Source of the DNA: Nitrospirota bacterium
Lineage (GTDB): Bacteria; Nitrospirota; Thermodesulfovibrionia; Thermodesulfovibrionales; Dissulfurispiraceae
DNA length: 64,000 nucleotides
NCBI GenBank assembly: GCA_963830245.1
Contig: CAWHNC010000090.1
Location: 59,187-123,186, forward strand
Reading direction: 5' to 3'
The notes under the pieces are model-generated. The model was not told where the DNA came from and searched no databases. It was given only the letters and a program-made list of their open reading frames with translations. Position numbers and translations under genes: made by a program. The first letter of the stretch is position 1; each line of letters opens with the position of its first letter. Positions 9,321-18,166 of the stretch are shown here, in pieces.

Positions 9321-10793
9321 TCAATAGGAATTGACGCCAGTCACAAGTGATGTTGCATCCATGTTTCCAATAGCACTCCAGAAAACAGGCCAGTTTGCAG
9401 CGGTAATCGGGTCACTCTCGTTACTGTTAGTTGGAGCAGAATAATTATTCCCGGAAAAAAAGTACCCTCTGTAAAGTGACTGTTGTGCACTATTCGTTTT
9501 AAGCAATGGATAAAGATTTGTTAAGGAGTTATTTAAAGGACCTTGCATGGCGTACGCTGCCGAAAAAGTGTAATAGCTGTTAAACTGTGCCGGCAAGGTA
9601 GCGAGGTCGTAATTTATGGAAACATAATCTACAGGCTGAAATGTACCGGAAGAAATTTTAAATATCTTGAAAGCCGGGTTATTGCCAAAAAACGGTGCTA
9701 TAGAAGGCGTAATCTCCAGCACGTTATTAGTAGGCGACATGATGCGATATTCATCCATATGAGTATGGGCTCCAAGCGTCAGGCTTATAAGACCCGGATA
9801 TTTCTGAAGCGTGGTCATAAAGCTCGACTGGTAATTCGGCTCCAACATCATGTAGGCTGACGTTGTTGTAACCGGAAGACCGTTGGCGACCGTTGCAGCT
9901 ATGACGTCACCAGGGGGCACATGCATTAAAAGCCACACTTTTTGGCCGGCAGCCTGGGCTGCAGCAAGCTGGGAATCAAGCCATGCAATTTCAGTTGCTA
10001 CCGCAGCGCTGTTGTCAACCGGGACTCCATTCGCGAGCAAAATCGTGTTAATTCCTATCACCACCAGATTTGTTCCAAGCGGCCGGCAAGAATAATATCC
10101 ACCGGCAGTAAAGGTACTATTAAAAGTCTGCCGGTCCGTAATTCCATTCAGGAAATTTGTGTAAAAGTTTTCCGCATTACTGGAAAGGAAAGCGCTGTCC
10201 GGCCCCCAACCCGTATAAGAATCAAGGTTTCCGACAGCAAACAGGACAGGAACATTCGCGAGTGCAGCCCTCACCTGAGTTGTAAAGAATGAAACCGCTT
10301 TATCAGTAAATGCCTCTAAGGCTGCAACTGCTGCAGCACCTGAACTTCCGTAAAGGGTGAAAAACCTTGTCGGAATGTTATGCCCAAGAATATCGCCTGT
10401 ATAGATAACAAGCGGACACGACCCAAGGTTTCGACTTATGTTTGCAAGGGCGAGCATGAGCAAAGGGTAGTTTGTATCGTTTCCCCATGTTGGTGGTGTT
10501 GTTATTTTTGATGTCTGGAAAATACTCGCCCACTGACCGGGATCCGAAGAATTAAGCAACGGGAAAAGAGTTTGATCGTATAGAGGATCAAAATGAACAT
10601 CCGAGAAAACAAGCACCGGGAAGCTACTCCCGGAAGAAGCGCCGCTGCCACATGCACTCAGTCCGGCGAAATACGCACCGGCAGCTGTAGCCGCCGAATA
10701 CTTTATGAAGTCGCGCCTTGTTATCCCTTTTATACCGCAACCGTCGAGAACTGAATTTAAGTCATCGCCTTTACTGTCTTTACTGTTTTTCAC
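9321..10793 (-). CDS. Tat-exported lipoprotein, acid-sphingomyelinase-like metallophosphoesterase
   Basis: Twin-arginine RRDFIKYS and lipobox LSAC. Metallophosphoesterase motifs SDVHFD, GDILGHN, GNLDS, MHVPPG and GAHTHMDEY. GTG start preceded by aggaga. Confidence 0.75.
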   Translation of the reverse strand: MKNSKDSKGDDLNSVLDGCGIKGITRRDFIKYSAATAAGAYFAGLSACGSGASSGSSFPVLVFSDVHFDPLYDQTLFPLLNSSDPGQWASIFQTSKITTPPTWGNDTNYPLLMLALANISRNLGSCPLVIYTGDILGHNIPTRFFTLYGSSGAAAVAALEAFTDKAVSFFTTQVRAALANVPVLFAVGNLDSYTGWGPDSAFLSSNAENFYTNFLNGITDRQTFNSTFTAGGYYSCRPLGTNLVVIGINTILLANGVPVDNSAAVATEIAWLDSQLAAAQAAGQKVWLLMHVPPGDVIAATVANGLPVTTTSAYMMLEPNYQSSFMTTLQKYPGLISLTLGAHTHMDEYRIMSPTNNVLEITPSIAPFFGNNPAFKIFKISSGTFQPVDYVSINYDLATLPAQFNSYYTFSAAYAMQGPLNNSLTNLYPLLKTNSAQQSLYRGYFFSGNNYSAPTNSNESDPITAANWPVFWSAIGNMDATSLVTGVNSY

Positions 10794-10958
10794 AATGTTC
10801 TCCTGTTATTGGTGGTATGCATCTTTATTCGCTTAATGGCCCGCTCTCCGGGATAAAGACCTGAGCTTGGGTCCGGAACATGCTCGAAAGGTCCTCTACG
10901 CTCCCGGGCAGGCATTCATCTTTTGTCTAAAGGCACGGGGTTAAACAACTGACCTGTT

Positions 10959-10987
10959 ATTATATCTGAGTTAAGCAACTCTATCAA
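10959..10987 (-). promoter_or_regulatory. sigma-70-type promoter (TTGATA-17-TATAAT) for the phosphoesterase gene
   Basis: Reverse complement of 10982-10987 is TTGATA and of 10959-10964 is TATAAT, with a 17-nt spacer. Confidence 0.45.
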
Positions 10988-11023
10988 CACACCCGGTCAT
11001 TCCAGTGTTTGAATAAATAATAG

Positions 11024-11052
11024 TTGACTTACGAGCTCAAGTATTATATAAT
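11024..11052 (+). promoter_or_regulatory. near-consensus sigma-70 promoter TTGACT-17-TATAAT
   Basis: TTGACT at 11024-11029, an exactly 17-nt spacer, TATAAT at 11047-11052. Confidence 0.6.
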
Positions 11053-11058
11053 TTAATC

Positions 11059-11291
11059 AGAGAGAGAGGGAAAAACTCTCTCTCTGCCCTTTCTCCACGT
11101 ACGGTGTCAGATACGGGAGAAAGGATCCTCGAAAGAGGCGACGGGGCTGCAGAAGACAGACCCGGGTTAACTGACGGAAATGAAGCAAAAGTTGCTGATT
11201 GGTTGGCTAACCAAAGAGGTTACCGGGCGTTTTCCGGCAACCTTTAAAAAGTGAGGTAGGCGGCTTAAGTGCCATCTACCTCTTATTTTTT
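11059..11291 (+). ncRNA. candidate stand-alone structured small RNA of unknown class (~230 nt)
   Basis: Bounded by a consensus promoter and an intrinsic terminator, with no ORF of 60 aa or more. Contains a 5' (ag)5/(ct)5 hairpin, a cctttctcc/ggagaaagg stem, a cctcGAAAgagg tetraloop hairpin, and ttggtt/aaccaa and ggttaccgg/ccggcaacc hairpins. Confidence 0.5.
11253..11291. terminator. intrinsic terminator, probably bidirectional
   Basis: gaggtag (11253-11259) pairs with ctacctc (11276-11282), plus inner ggc/gcc pairs, followed by ttatttttt. An A-run on the left serves the convergent minus-strand regulator gene. Confidence 0.65.
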
Positions 11292-11325
11292 GTCTGGGTT
11301 CCTCGCCGCCTGGAGCTTACCGTCG

Positions 11326-13241
11326 TCAAGGGATCAAAGCGTTCTGACTTTTGAGTCGGCGCCACAACGTAGTTCGACTAATCCCCAGTTTGGCGGCTGT
11401 TTTGCCATAATGGTAGTTTGATTCCTCCAGCGCCTTCAGCAACAATGACTTGTTCAAGTCAAAATTGAAGGGAGAATCTGCTGCAGACGTAGCTATGGAT
11501 GATCCTTCACGATTATTTTCCCCGGCTAACGGCCGCAACAACATTCCTTCGAGGTCCCCGGACTCGATGACGCCGCTTTTATTGAGGACAGCAAGGCGTT
11601 CCGCAATGTTGCGCAATTCACGCACATTGCCAGGCCAATGATGTTCTTGCAATATTCTCCGGCCTTCCGGGCTGATGTCACTACAAGGCCTGCCCAAAAA
11701 TTGACAATATTTTTTGACAAAGTGAGATATTAGCGGGATGATGTCTTCATGTCGTTCCCGGAGCGGCGGCAGGTCAAGCCTGAGCACATTGATCCGATAA
11801 TAAAGGTCTTCGCGAAAGAGCCCTTCCTGTGTCAGCTTGTAAAGGTTCCGATTTGTAGCCGCAATAATACGGACGTCAATGGGGATAATCTTGTCATCGC
11901 CGAGGCGCATTATTTCCCTCTCCTGCAACACTCGCAATAACCGTCCCTGCAGCTTTAATGGGAATTCCGATATCTCATCTAAAAAGATCGTTCCCGGTGA
12001 GCCAGTTCAAATAAACCCATTTTCCCCCCGCGGACTGCGCCGGTAAATGCCCCGGTTGCATAACCGAAAAGCTCACTTTCCAGGAGATTCTCCGGCAATG
12101 CTGCGCAGTTTACAGCTAAAAAAGGTCCATTTCGGCGGCGGCTGGCATTGTGAATACTCTGGGCGAAGATTTCCTTTCCGGTTCCGGTTTCGCCTATGAT
12201 GAGGATGGTTGAATTCACCTCGCCAAATTCTTTTGCAACTGATATGGTTTGCCTGATGGCGTGACTTTCACCCAAAATATCGGAAAAAGTCAGTTTAGCC
12301 ACATGACCACGCTCATAATCTTTGCGTCGAATCCTTCCCTCCAACTCCTGGATAACACTGACAGGCTGAAACGTTGCGACAGCTCCTACTGCCCGGCCGT
12401 TGACGAAAATCGGGACTCTGTTAACAGCAAGCCTCTGCCCATTGATTGTTTCAATTTCCCCTAATTCGGAGTGTCCCGTTTCCAAAACTTTTCCGAGACC
12501 CAATTGTGGGAAAAAGCTATCAACAGGCAGGCAGATTACCGCATCACTAACGCCGGTCAACTTCACAGCAGCTGAATTTACCAGGTCAATGATGCCTGCA
12601 GCATTGACTGCTATAACGCCTTCAGTCGCATAATCCAGGATTGCATGGAACTGTTCCGCACGCTCCTGCTCCTGACGACGTATAAGTGCCACGCGTTTCG
12701 CACTTTTCAAGGCATGATAGACATCTTCCTGCGCTATTTTTATGAATTCGGCGTACATGCCGTATTGCTCAGCTATTACCTTGGACATTACTCCGCCAAT
12801 GACCACATTGACTCCGTTTTCTTTCACGCGCTGAATGCTCGCTACAACTTCGTTTTCATCCTGGATTGCAACTACTATTAACTCGATCCCAACGATATCC
12901 TCGATTTTTTTTACGCCATAAATCATATCCCGGGAGCCGACAATCGCAATTTTTTCAGGGGCATATTTTTTTTTGCATTCCCAAATAGTTCTCATTATTT
13001 CATAGCCGCTTACCGGAAGCTCTACAACCGGCGTGTCCTTTATGCGCTGTTTTAAAGTGGCTGCCGTGATTCCCCGGGCAACAATGACATCCGTGCTTAT
13101 GTTTTTCCAGTCATCAATTTCGCGCTCAAACTTGGCCAGACAAATTTCGAGTTCCCAACCGTCATCCCCTTGCTCTTTGAATACCTCTTTCACTATGTCG
13201 CCTATTTCCGAATATGGAACAAAAAAAGTTATCTTACCCAC
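11326..13241 (-). pseudogene. sigma-54-dependent transcriptional activator (PrpR_N-PAS-AAA+-HTH), frame broken inside the AAA+ domain
   Basis: ORF 11979-13241 carries the PrpR-type N-domain, a PAS domain, GETGTGKE and ESELFGY...GLFELAH. ORF 11326-11937 carries RVLQEREIMRLG...IIAATN, a GAFTGA-family core and a C-terminal HTH. The missing [18 protein letters not shown] is readable in the third frame across 11940-11995. The break is at the ccc run 11993-11995. Confidence 0.85.
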
Positions 13242-13327
13242 TCTATTCCCTTTATTGTCAGTTTTTCCCCGTTACACTCATTGTTGCCAGTGACAACTTA
13301 TTGTACCACGGCAAGGGTCGGCAAGAT

Positions 13328-13358
13328 ATGAAACAAATGAAACACAATGAACACTATG
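13328..13358. promoter_or_regulatory. candidate upstream activator sites: ATGAA(A)CA direct repeats
   Basis: atgaaaca, aatgaaacac, aatgaacac and tatg start at 13328, 13337, 13347 and 13356, a 9-10-nt phasing, about 80-110 nt upstream of the -24 element. Confidence 0.35.
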
Positions 13359-13437
13359 TTGCGGCTCATTTATGATCCCCTGCGATATCTATTAATAAAT
13401 ACATGATAAATCAGAGATATACATTATAATCAACACT

Positions 13438-13453
13438 TGGCATTTTTTTTGCT
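13438..13453 (+). promoter_or_regulatory. sigma-54 (-24/-12) promoter
   Basis: TGGCAT-ttttt-TTGCT with GG at 13439-40, GC at 13451-52 and exactly 10 nt between. It lies 86 nt upstream of the ATG at 13539 and is divergent from the sigma-54 activator gene. Confidence 0.65.
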
Positions 13454-13538
13454 TTGTTTAATCTGTTTGAATTTTATACTTTTGCCTGAGCGGCAAACAG
13501 AAACCCTGGATCAAGCGAGGGCTACGGGAGAATAGGGA

Positions 13539-14285
13539 ATGAAAATAGACGCGACTAAGTGTCTTGGGTGTGGACGTTGCCTGGTCTACTGTACAATGGG
13601 CGCAATCGGATTTACACGTCGCGAACATGGGCAGGTGTGCGCTTATGTTAATGAAGATGAATGTGTGGACTGCGGCGTATGTTATCGTGCGGGAATATGT
13701 GTTGGCAAGGCAATGTACGAGCCGATGCCCGAATGGCCGCGTTCTGTGCGTGGCACCTTTAGCAACCCGCTTGTGGAACATAAGGAAACAAAAGTTCCGG
13801 GACGGGGGACAGAAGAAATGAAAACCAATGACGTTACGGGTCGGTTTAAATTAGGCGAAGCGGGTGTGGCTGTGGAAATGGGCCGCCCGGGAACCGGTGC
13901 GCGTTTTTTTGATATTGAGAAAGTTGCCATGGCAATTGCGTCATTGGGGGACATAGTCTTTGAGCCTAATAATCCTATAACGGGCTTGATGGCAGATAAA
14001 TCTACAGGCAAAATGAACCCTGAAGTACTAAATGAAAAGGTTTTATCGGCAATTATCGAGATGACGGTCCCACTTCACCGGGTGTTGGACATTTTTGAGG
14101 TTGTTAAAAAAGTCACAAAAAATATCTCTACTGTTTGTTCACTTGACCTGACATGCAGAGTGGACGCTGATGACACTACACCTGCTTTTGATCTTGCCCG
14201 TACAGCAGGTTTTAAACCAACGGCACATGGGAAAACGAATGTGGGACTTGGCAAGCCGTTTTTTGTTGAGGAGATACTGAAATGA
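13539..14285 (+). CDS. 4Fe-4S dicluster domain protein with an unassigned C-terminal domain
   Basis: Contains CLGCGRCLVYC and CVDCGVCYRAGIC ferredoxin motifs. The remaining ~180 aa are not recognisable. Confidence 0.6.
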   Translation: MKIDATKCLGCGRCLVYCTMGAIGFTRREHGQVCAYVNEDECVDCGVCYRAGICVGKAMYEPMPEWPRSVRGTFSNPLVEHKETKVPGRGTEEMKTNDVTGRFKLGEAGVAVEMGRPGTGARFFDIEKVAMAIASLGDIVFEPNNPITGLMADKSTGKMNPEVLNEKVLSAIIEMTVPLHRVLDIFEVVKKVTKNISTVCSLDLTCRVDADDTTPAFDLARTAGFKPTAHGKTNVGLGKPFFVEEILK

Positions 14286-14923
14286 GCCATACACTGCACA
14301 GAAGAGGGACTCCGGAAAGCTTAAAAAAAGATTTTGTGGTTTTTGCGATGACGGCAAAAAAAATCAACGATGCCGGATCGAGTCTAAGATTAAGACGGTT
14401 TCTCGAAATAATCAGCAAGTACGGTCCGGTCAATTTGGGCGATATGAAAACCGGCAACCGTTTTATCACTCCTGCTGAAGTGATTATCGACAACGTGAAA
14501 GATACCTCTATTGTCCACGGAGTGTTTGACACCAGGGAATCATTAATCAGGGCGCTTAAGGAAGTGAAGGAAGCCGACCTGGGAGTTTCGGTGATAATCT
14601 CAGGACTTCTTGATGGGGTTAAGGAGTGTTGTGGTCAAGCCGGGCTGGGCAGGCACACATGTGAAACATCGCTTGGCATATGGGGAAGAACAGAGCGTCT
14701 GCCTGATGAAGATATTCTTAATTTTACTACCATGTGCGGACACGGGCAGGTGCCTTTCAACCTGGTAAAAAAAATGATCGCAGACATTAAAGAGGGGCGG
14801 CGGACTGTGGAAGAGGCTGCAGAAGAGCTCACAAAACCATGCCAATGCGGAGTTTTCAACCCCCATCGGGCTGCTGCAATGCTGGAGGAAATATTATGCC
14901 TCTGGGGAGTGATGGTCTCTTAA
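14282..14923 (+). CDS. hypothetical protein, Cys-containing
   Basis: ATGA overlap with the upstream gene and TAATG overlap with the downstream gene imply translational coupling. Contains MCGHGQVP and CQCGVFNPHRAA; no family recognised. Confidence 0.5.
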   Translation: MSHTLHRRGTPESLKKDFVVFAMTAKKINDAGSSLRLRRFLEIISKYGPVNLGDMKTGNRFITPAEVIIDNVKDTSIVHGVFDTRESLIRALKEVKEADLGVSVIISGLLDGVKECCGQAGLGRHTCETSLGIWGRTERLPDEDILNFTTMCGHGQVPFNLVKKMIADIKEGRRTVEEAAEELTKPCQCGVFNPHRAAAMLEEILCLWGVMVS

Positions 14924-15480
14924 TGAAGCATATATGGGTCGATATTGATAAGTGTTTGGGCTGCAAGACCTGTGAATTGCAATGTGCAATAGAGCGTAAC
15001 TCGGTAAGCAAGACGCTTGCCGGAGCAGCCTTGGAGGATCCGAGGCCGATACCGAGGGTTGGAGTCAGCGGTCCGACGGGCAAGAGCTTTCCAATCCAGT
15101 GCCGCCATTGCCAGGATGCACCTTGTTTAACTGCCTGTCCTTCCGGCGCGATGCAGCGCTATGCAGAAAAGGGAACTGTATTTGTTGCCGAGGACAAATG
15201 CAGGGGTTGCTGGATGTGTGTCATGACTTGTCCTTTTGGGGTTGTGACTCCTTCAGCCCAATACAAAGTGGCGGTGAAATGTGATGCATGCATGCATATG
15301 GAAGAGCCTGCATGCGTCGCCTCTTGCCCAACCGGCGCACTTATGCATTGCGATGAAGAAGCCTTTATGAAGGTTTTGACAGCGAAGCGGGGCCAAATAT
15401 CGGTTTTTGCCAAATCCGTTTCAACAGCAGAACGATCTAATATTGTAAGTTTAGATATATCAAAGGACGGTAAAAGATGA
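14923..15480 (+). CDS. cooF: CooF-type 4Fe-4S ferredoxin
   Basis: Four Cys clusters: CLGCKTCELQC, CRHCQDAPCLTAC, CRGCWMCVMTCP and CDAC...CVASCP. Sits immediately upstream of cooS. Confidence 0.75.
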   Translation: MKHIWVDIDKCLGCKTCELQCAIERNSVSKTLAGAALEDPRPIPRVGVSGPTGKSFPIQCRHCQDAPCLTACPSGAMQRYAEKGTVFVAEDKCRGCWMCVMTCPFGVVTPSAQYKVAVKCDACMHMEEPACVASCPTGALMHCDEEAFMKVLTAKRGQISVFAKSVSTAERSNIVSLDISKDGKR

Positions 15481-16925
15481 AAGAGGTCAAAAAAAAATCA
15501 TGTGATGCAGCAACTAACGCTATGCTTATTAAAGCTATGCGATCAGAGATTGATGTGATCTGGGACCGTACAGAGGCCATGCAGCCCCAATGCGGTTTTG
15601 GACGGTTAGGCATTTGCTGCACCGAGTGCAATGATGGTCCCTGCAGGACAAATCCGTTTGCGTCAGACAATCAACTGACAGTATGCGGACGTACTCAAAG
15701 CGAATCGGTTTCCGGCCACTTTCTTAAGAAGGCTACTGACGGCGCAGCAGCATTTGCAAGTCTCGCAAAAGAGTTCCAGGCTGATATTGACGGGCGCACT
15801 GCACAAACGGTTCTATCGCCTGCGGATTGCATGTTGGCCCCGGCAGATTATACTTCGCGACTGTCAGAGATCGGGCAAACCACAACGAAATTCCTAATGT
15901 CGATCAGGGCGGCTAAGGAACAAGTCTATGCGGGAAAAGACAGGTTTGCGATTACGACGGCAAATATGGGCTCTTTGAAAGACGATGCTGTTAATATTGT
16001 ACTGCTCGGCCATGTCGCTCCTCATATAGTCAGCGCACTCATAAATGAAACGTCTAAAAGTGATGTCCTATTTAACTTTACCGGTATGTGCGGCGGAGAA
16101 ATAAACGGCAACTTGCCGGTGTTGACAAATTATCAATCTCAGGAGATGCCGTTACTGACAGGCGCGGTTGACCTGCTGATTATTGGTTCGCAATGTGTAA
16201 TGCCGGCTACGGTATCGTTGGCCAAGGCATTGAATGTCCCTGTCGCTGCCGCTGCCGGGCTTAACGATCGCAAAAGGGCTGAGGCAGTTATTCAAATGGC
16301 TATCAGCGCTTCCCTTATTCGAAACGGGAAAAAAGTCAATATCCCGGCCTCCATGGAGAAACTATATACAGGGTACACCACGGCAAACAGCCGCGAGCTA
16401 TTAGAAACATTAGCCGGGGCATACTCCAGGGGCATTGTAAAAGGGTTAGTGTATATCGGAGGATGCGGCAATGTTGCGAAGACCCAGGACGAGTCAATTA
16501 TTAATTTGGCAGCGCGGCTGCTTGCATACGGATATGTGATAGTCACTGCCGGTTGCGCAGGAACTGCTTTGGCAAAGGCAGGGATGTGCAGCCCGGAATA
16601 TGTTTTGCGGGCAGGATTGGAAAGCATATCAGAAATCGGCATACCTCCGGTGCTGCATATCGGTTCATGCCATGATGCAGGAGAATTTATCAAAATGGCG
16701 CAAAGTATTCGTTCCCACAAAATACCTGTATTCGCCGCAATGCAGGAACTCAGGCACAACAAGGTATTGGCAACAGCAATAGCTTTTGCTTCAGAAGGCA
16801 TTTCAACTTATATTGATTGGGGTGAAGCAACGTTTTTTCCAAAAACGGAGTTGGCGGGTCATGTTTTGCCGATAAGTGATCTTGAACAACTCATGCAAAA
16901 TTCTGCCAAAGTTGAAGCAGGCTAA
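15477..16925 (+). CDS. cooS: compact CooS-family Ni,Fe-CO dehydrogenase homologue (482 aa)
   Basis: EAMQPQCGFGRLGICCTECNDGPCRTNPF...VCG (D/B-cluster pattern), VNIVLLGH, GSQCVMP, IGGCGNV, VTAGCAG, LHIGSCHD and RHNK. Confidence 0.8.
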   Translation: MKEVKKKSCDAATNAMLIKAMRSEIDVIWDRTEAMQPQCGFGRLGICCTECNDGPCRTNPFASDNQLTVCGRTQSESVSGHFLKKATDGAAAFASLAKEFQADIDGRTAQTVLSPADCMLAPADYTSRLSEIGQTTTKFLMSIRAAKEQVYAGKDRFAITTANMGSLKDDAVNIVLLGHVAPHIVSALINETSKSDVLFNFTGMCGGEINGNLPVLTNYQSQEMPLLTGAVDLLIIGSQCVMPATVSLAKALNVPVAAAAGLNDRKRAEAVIQMAISASLIRNGKKVNIPASMEKLYTGYTTANSRELLETLAGAYSRGIVKGLVYIGGCGNVAKTQDESIINLAARLLAYGYVIVTAGCAGTALAKAGMCSPEYVLRAGLESISEIGIPPVLHIGSCHDAGEFIKMAQSIRSHKIPVFAAMQELRHNKVLATAIAFASEGISTYIDWGEATFFPKTELAGHVLPISDLEQLMQNSAKVEAG

Positions 16926-16941
16926 GGCTGGGGGCGGAAGC

Positions 16942-18156
16942 GTGTATATCATAGTCGGCCAGGGGATTGCGGGGGCAACTGCTGCGGCTGAACTGCGTAA
17001 GCAGGACCGTCAATCTCCGGTAACCGTAATCACCAATGAACATGACTATTTGTATAACCGAATAGATTTACCGGACATTATTGCCGGTAAATACAAGTCA
17101 TCCGAGACATTGCTGAAAAGGGCGGAAGACTTTGACTGCCTCGGGATAAACTGCGTGATGGGTGAGAAGGTGACCGCCGTGCTGCCCGCCCAAAAAACAG
17201 TGGAGGTTTCTTCAGGTCAGCGGTTTCAATATCATAAATTGCTGCTCGCAACCGGCTCACTGCCGGTGATGCCGCCCATCGTAGGCAGCACGACAGCCGG
17301 GGTATACAGCCTGTGGACGATGCGGCAGGCGGAAGAAATTATAGATGCGGCTTCAAAAGCTCGCAGAGTTGTGGTTATAGGGGCCGGCCTGATCGGATTA
17401 AAAACCGCACTTGCACTTAAGAAACGCGGCTTGAAAGTAACTGTTGTTGAGAAGTTGCAGCGCATGTTACCACGCCAACTTGATGATGAGGCATCGGAAA
17501 TACTGAGTGATCGCCTGAGGGATATGGGAATAGAGATTCTGGTGAACGCCGGCGTGGAGGGCATAGCTGCAATCAACGGCTCAGTTAGCAGTGTTCAGTT
17601 AGACAATGGTTCTCTGCCCGCCGATATGGTGATCATGTCAATAGGGGTAACCCCTAATATTAAATTGGCTGTCTCAGCCGGAATAAGAACCGGACGGGGT
17701 ATAATTGCAAACGAATTCCTGCAGACCTCCATGCCGGATATTTATGCCGCGGGGGATGCTGCTGAAACATTCGATAGTGTTACCGGTGCTTCTGCCGTTC
17801 CTGCAACCTGGCCGGTTGCAGTCGAGCAGGGACGAATTGCTGCCTGCAACATGGCGGGCCGCAAAGAAAAATATCACGGGTCATTAGCTATGAATGCGGT
17901 AGAAGTGGGAGGCATCCCTCTTGTGTCTATAGGCGATATAGCAGGCAGGCCGGGAGATTCTGTGCTTGCAGATCGCAGGGGGGATAAATATCGGAAAGTA
18001 GTGATTCGTGACAATGTACTTCGCGGGGTACTTTTCATGGGGGACATTCGACAGGCAGGTGTCATTGGAGCTCTAATTTCGCGCCGTGCCCGGTTGGAGA
18101 ACTATGAAAAGCTTATATCGCCATATTTCAGTTTCGCGGATTTAATAGCAGAGTAA
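16942..18156 (+). CDS. FAD-dependent pyridine nucleotide-disulfide oxidoreductase (FNOR-type CooS partner)
   Basis: IIVGQGIAGATAA and VVVIGAGLIGLKTA Rossmann motifs and a YAAGDAA motif. GTG 16942 follows gggggcggaag. Confidence 0.8.
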   Translation: MYIIVGQGIAGATAAAELRKQDRQSPVTVITNEHDYLYNRIDLPDIIAGKYKSSETLLKRAEDFDCLGINCVMGEKVTAVLPAQKTVEVSSGQRFQYHKLLLATGSLPVMPPIVGSTTAGVYSLWTMRQAEEIIDAASKARRVVVIGAGLIGLKTALALKKRGLKVTVVEKLQRMLPRQLDDEASEILSDRLRDMGIEILVNAGVEGIAAINGSVSSVQLDNGSLPADMVIMSIGVTPNIKLAVSAGIRTGRGIIANEFLQTSMPDIYAAGDAAETFDSVTGASAVPATWPVAVEQGRIAACNMAGRKEKYHGSLAMNAVEVGGIPLVSIGDIAGRPGDSVLADRRGDKYRKVVIRDNVLRGVLFMGDIRQAGVIGALISRRARLENYEKLISPYFSFADLIAE

Positions 18157-18166
18157 CAGGGGAGGA

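Noticed and set aside
11180-11254. A 24-codon ORF (MKQKLLIGWLTKEVTGRFPATFKK) inside the candidate sRNA.
   Set aside because: The only purine-rich stretch (acggaa) ends 1 nt before the ATG. The ORF runs through three predicted hairpins and into the terminator stem. A dual-function RNA cannot be excluded, but there is no support for translation.
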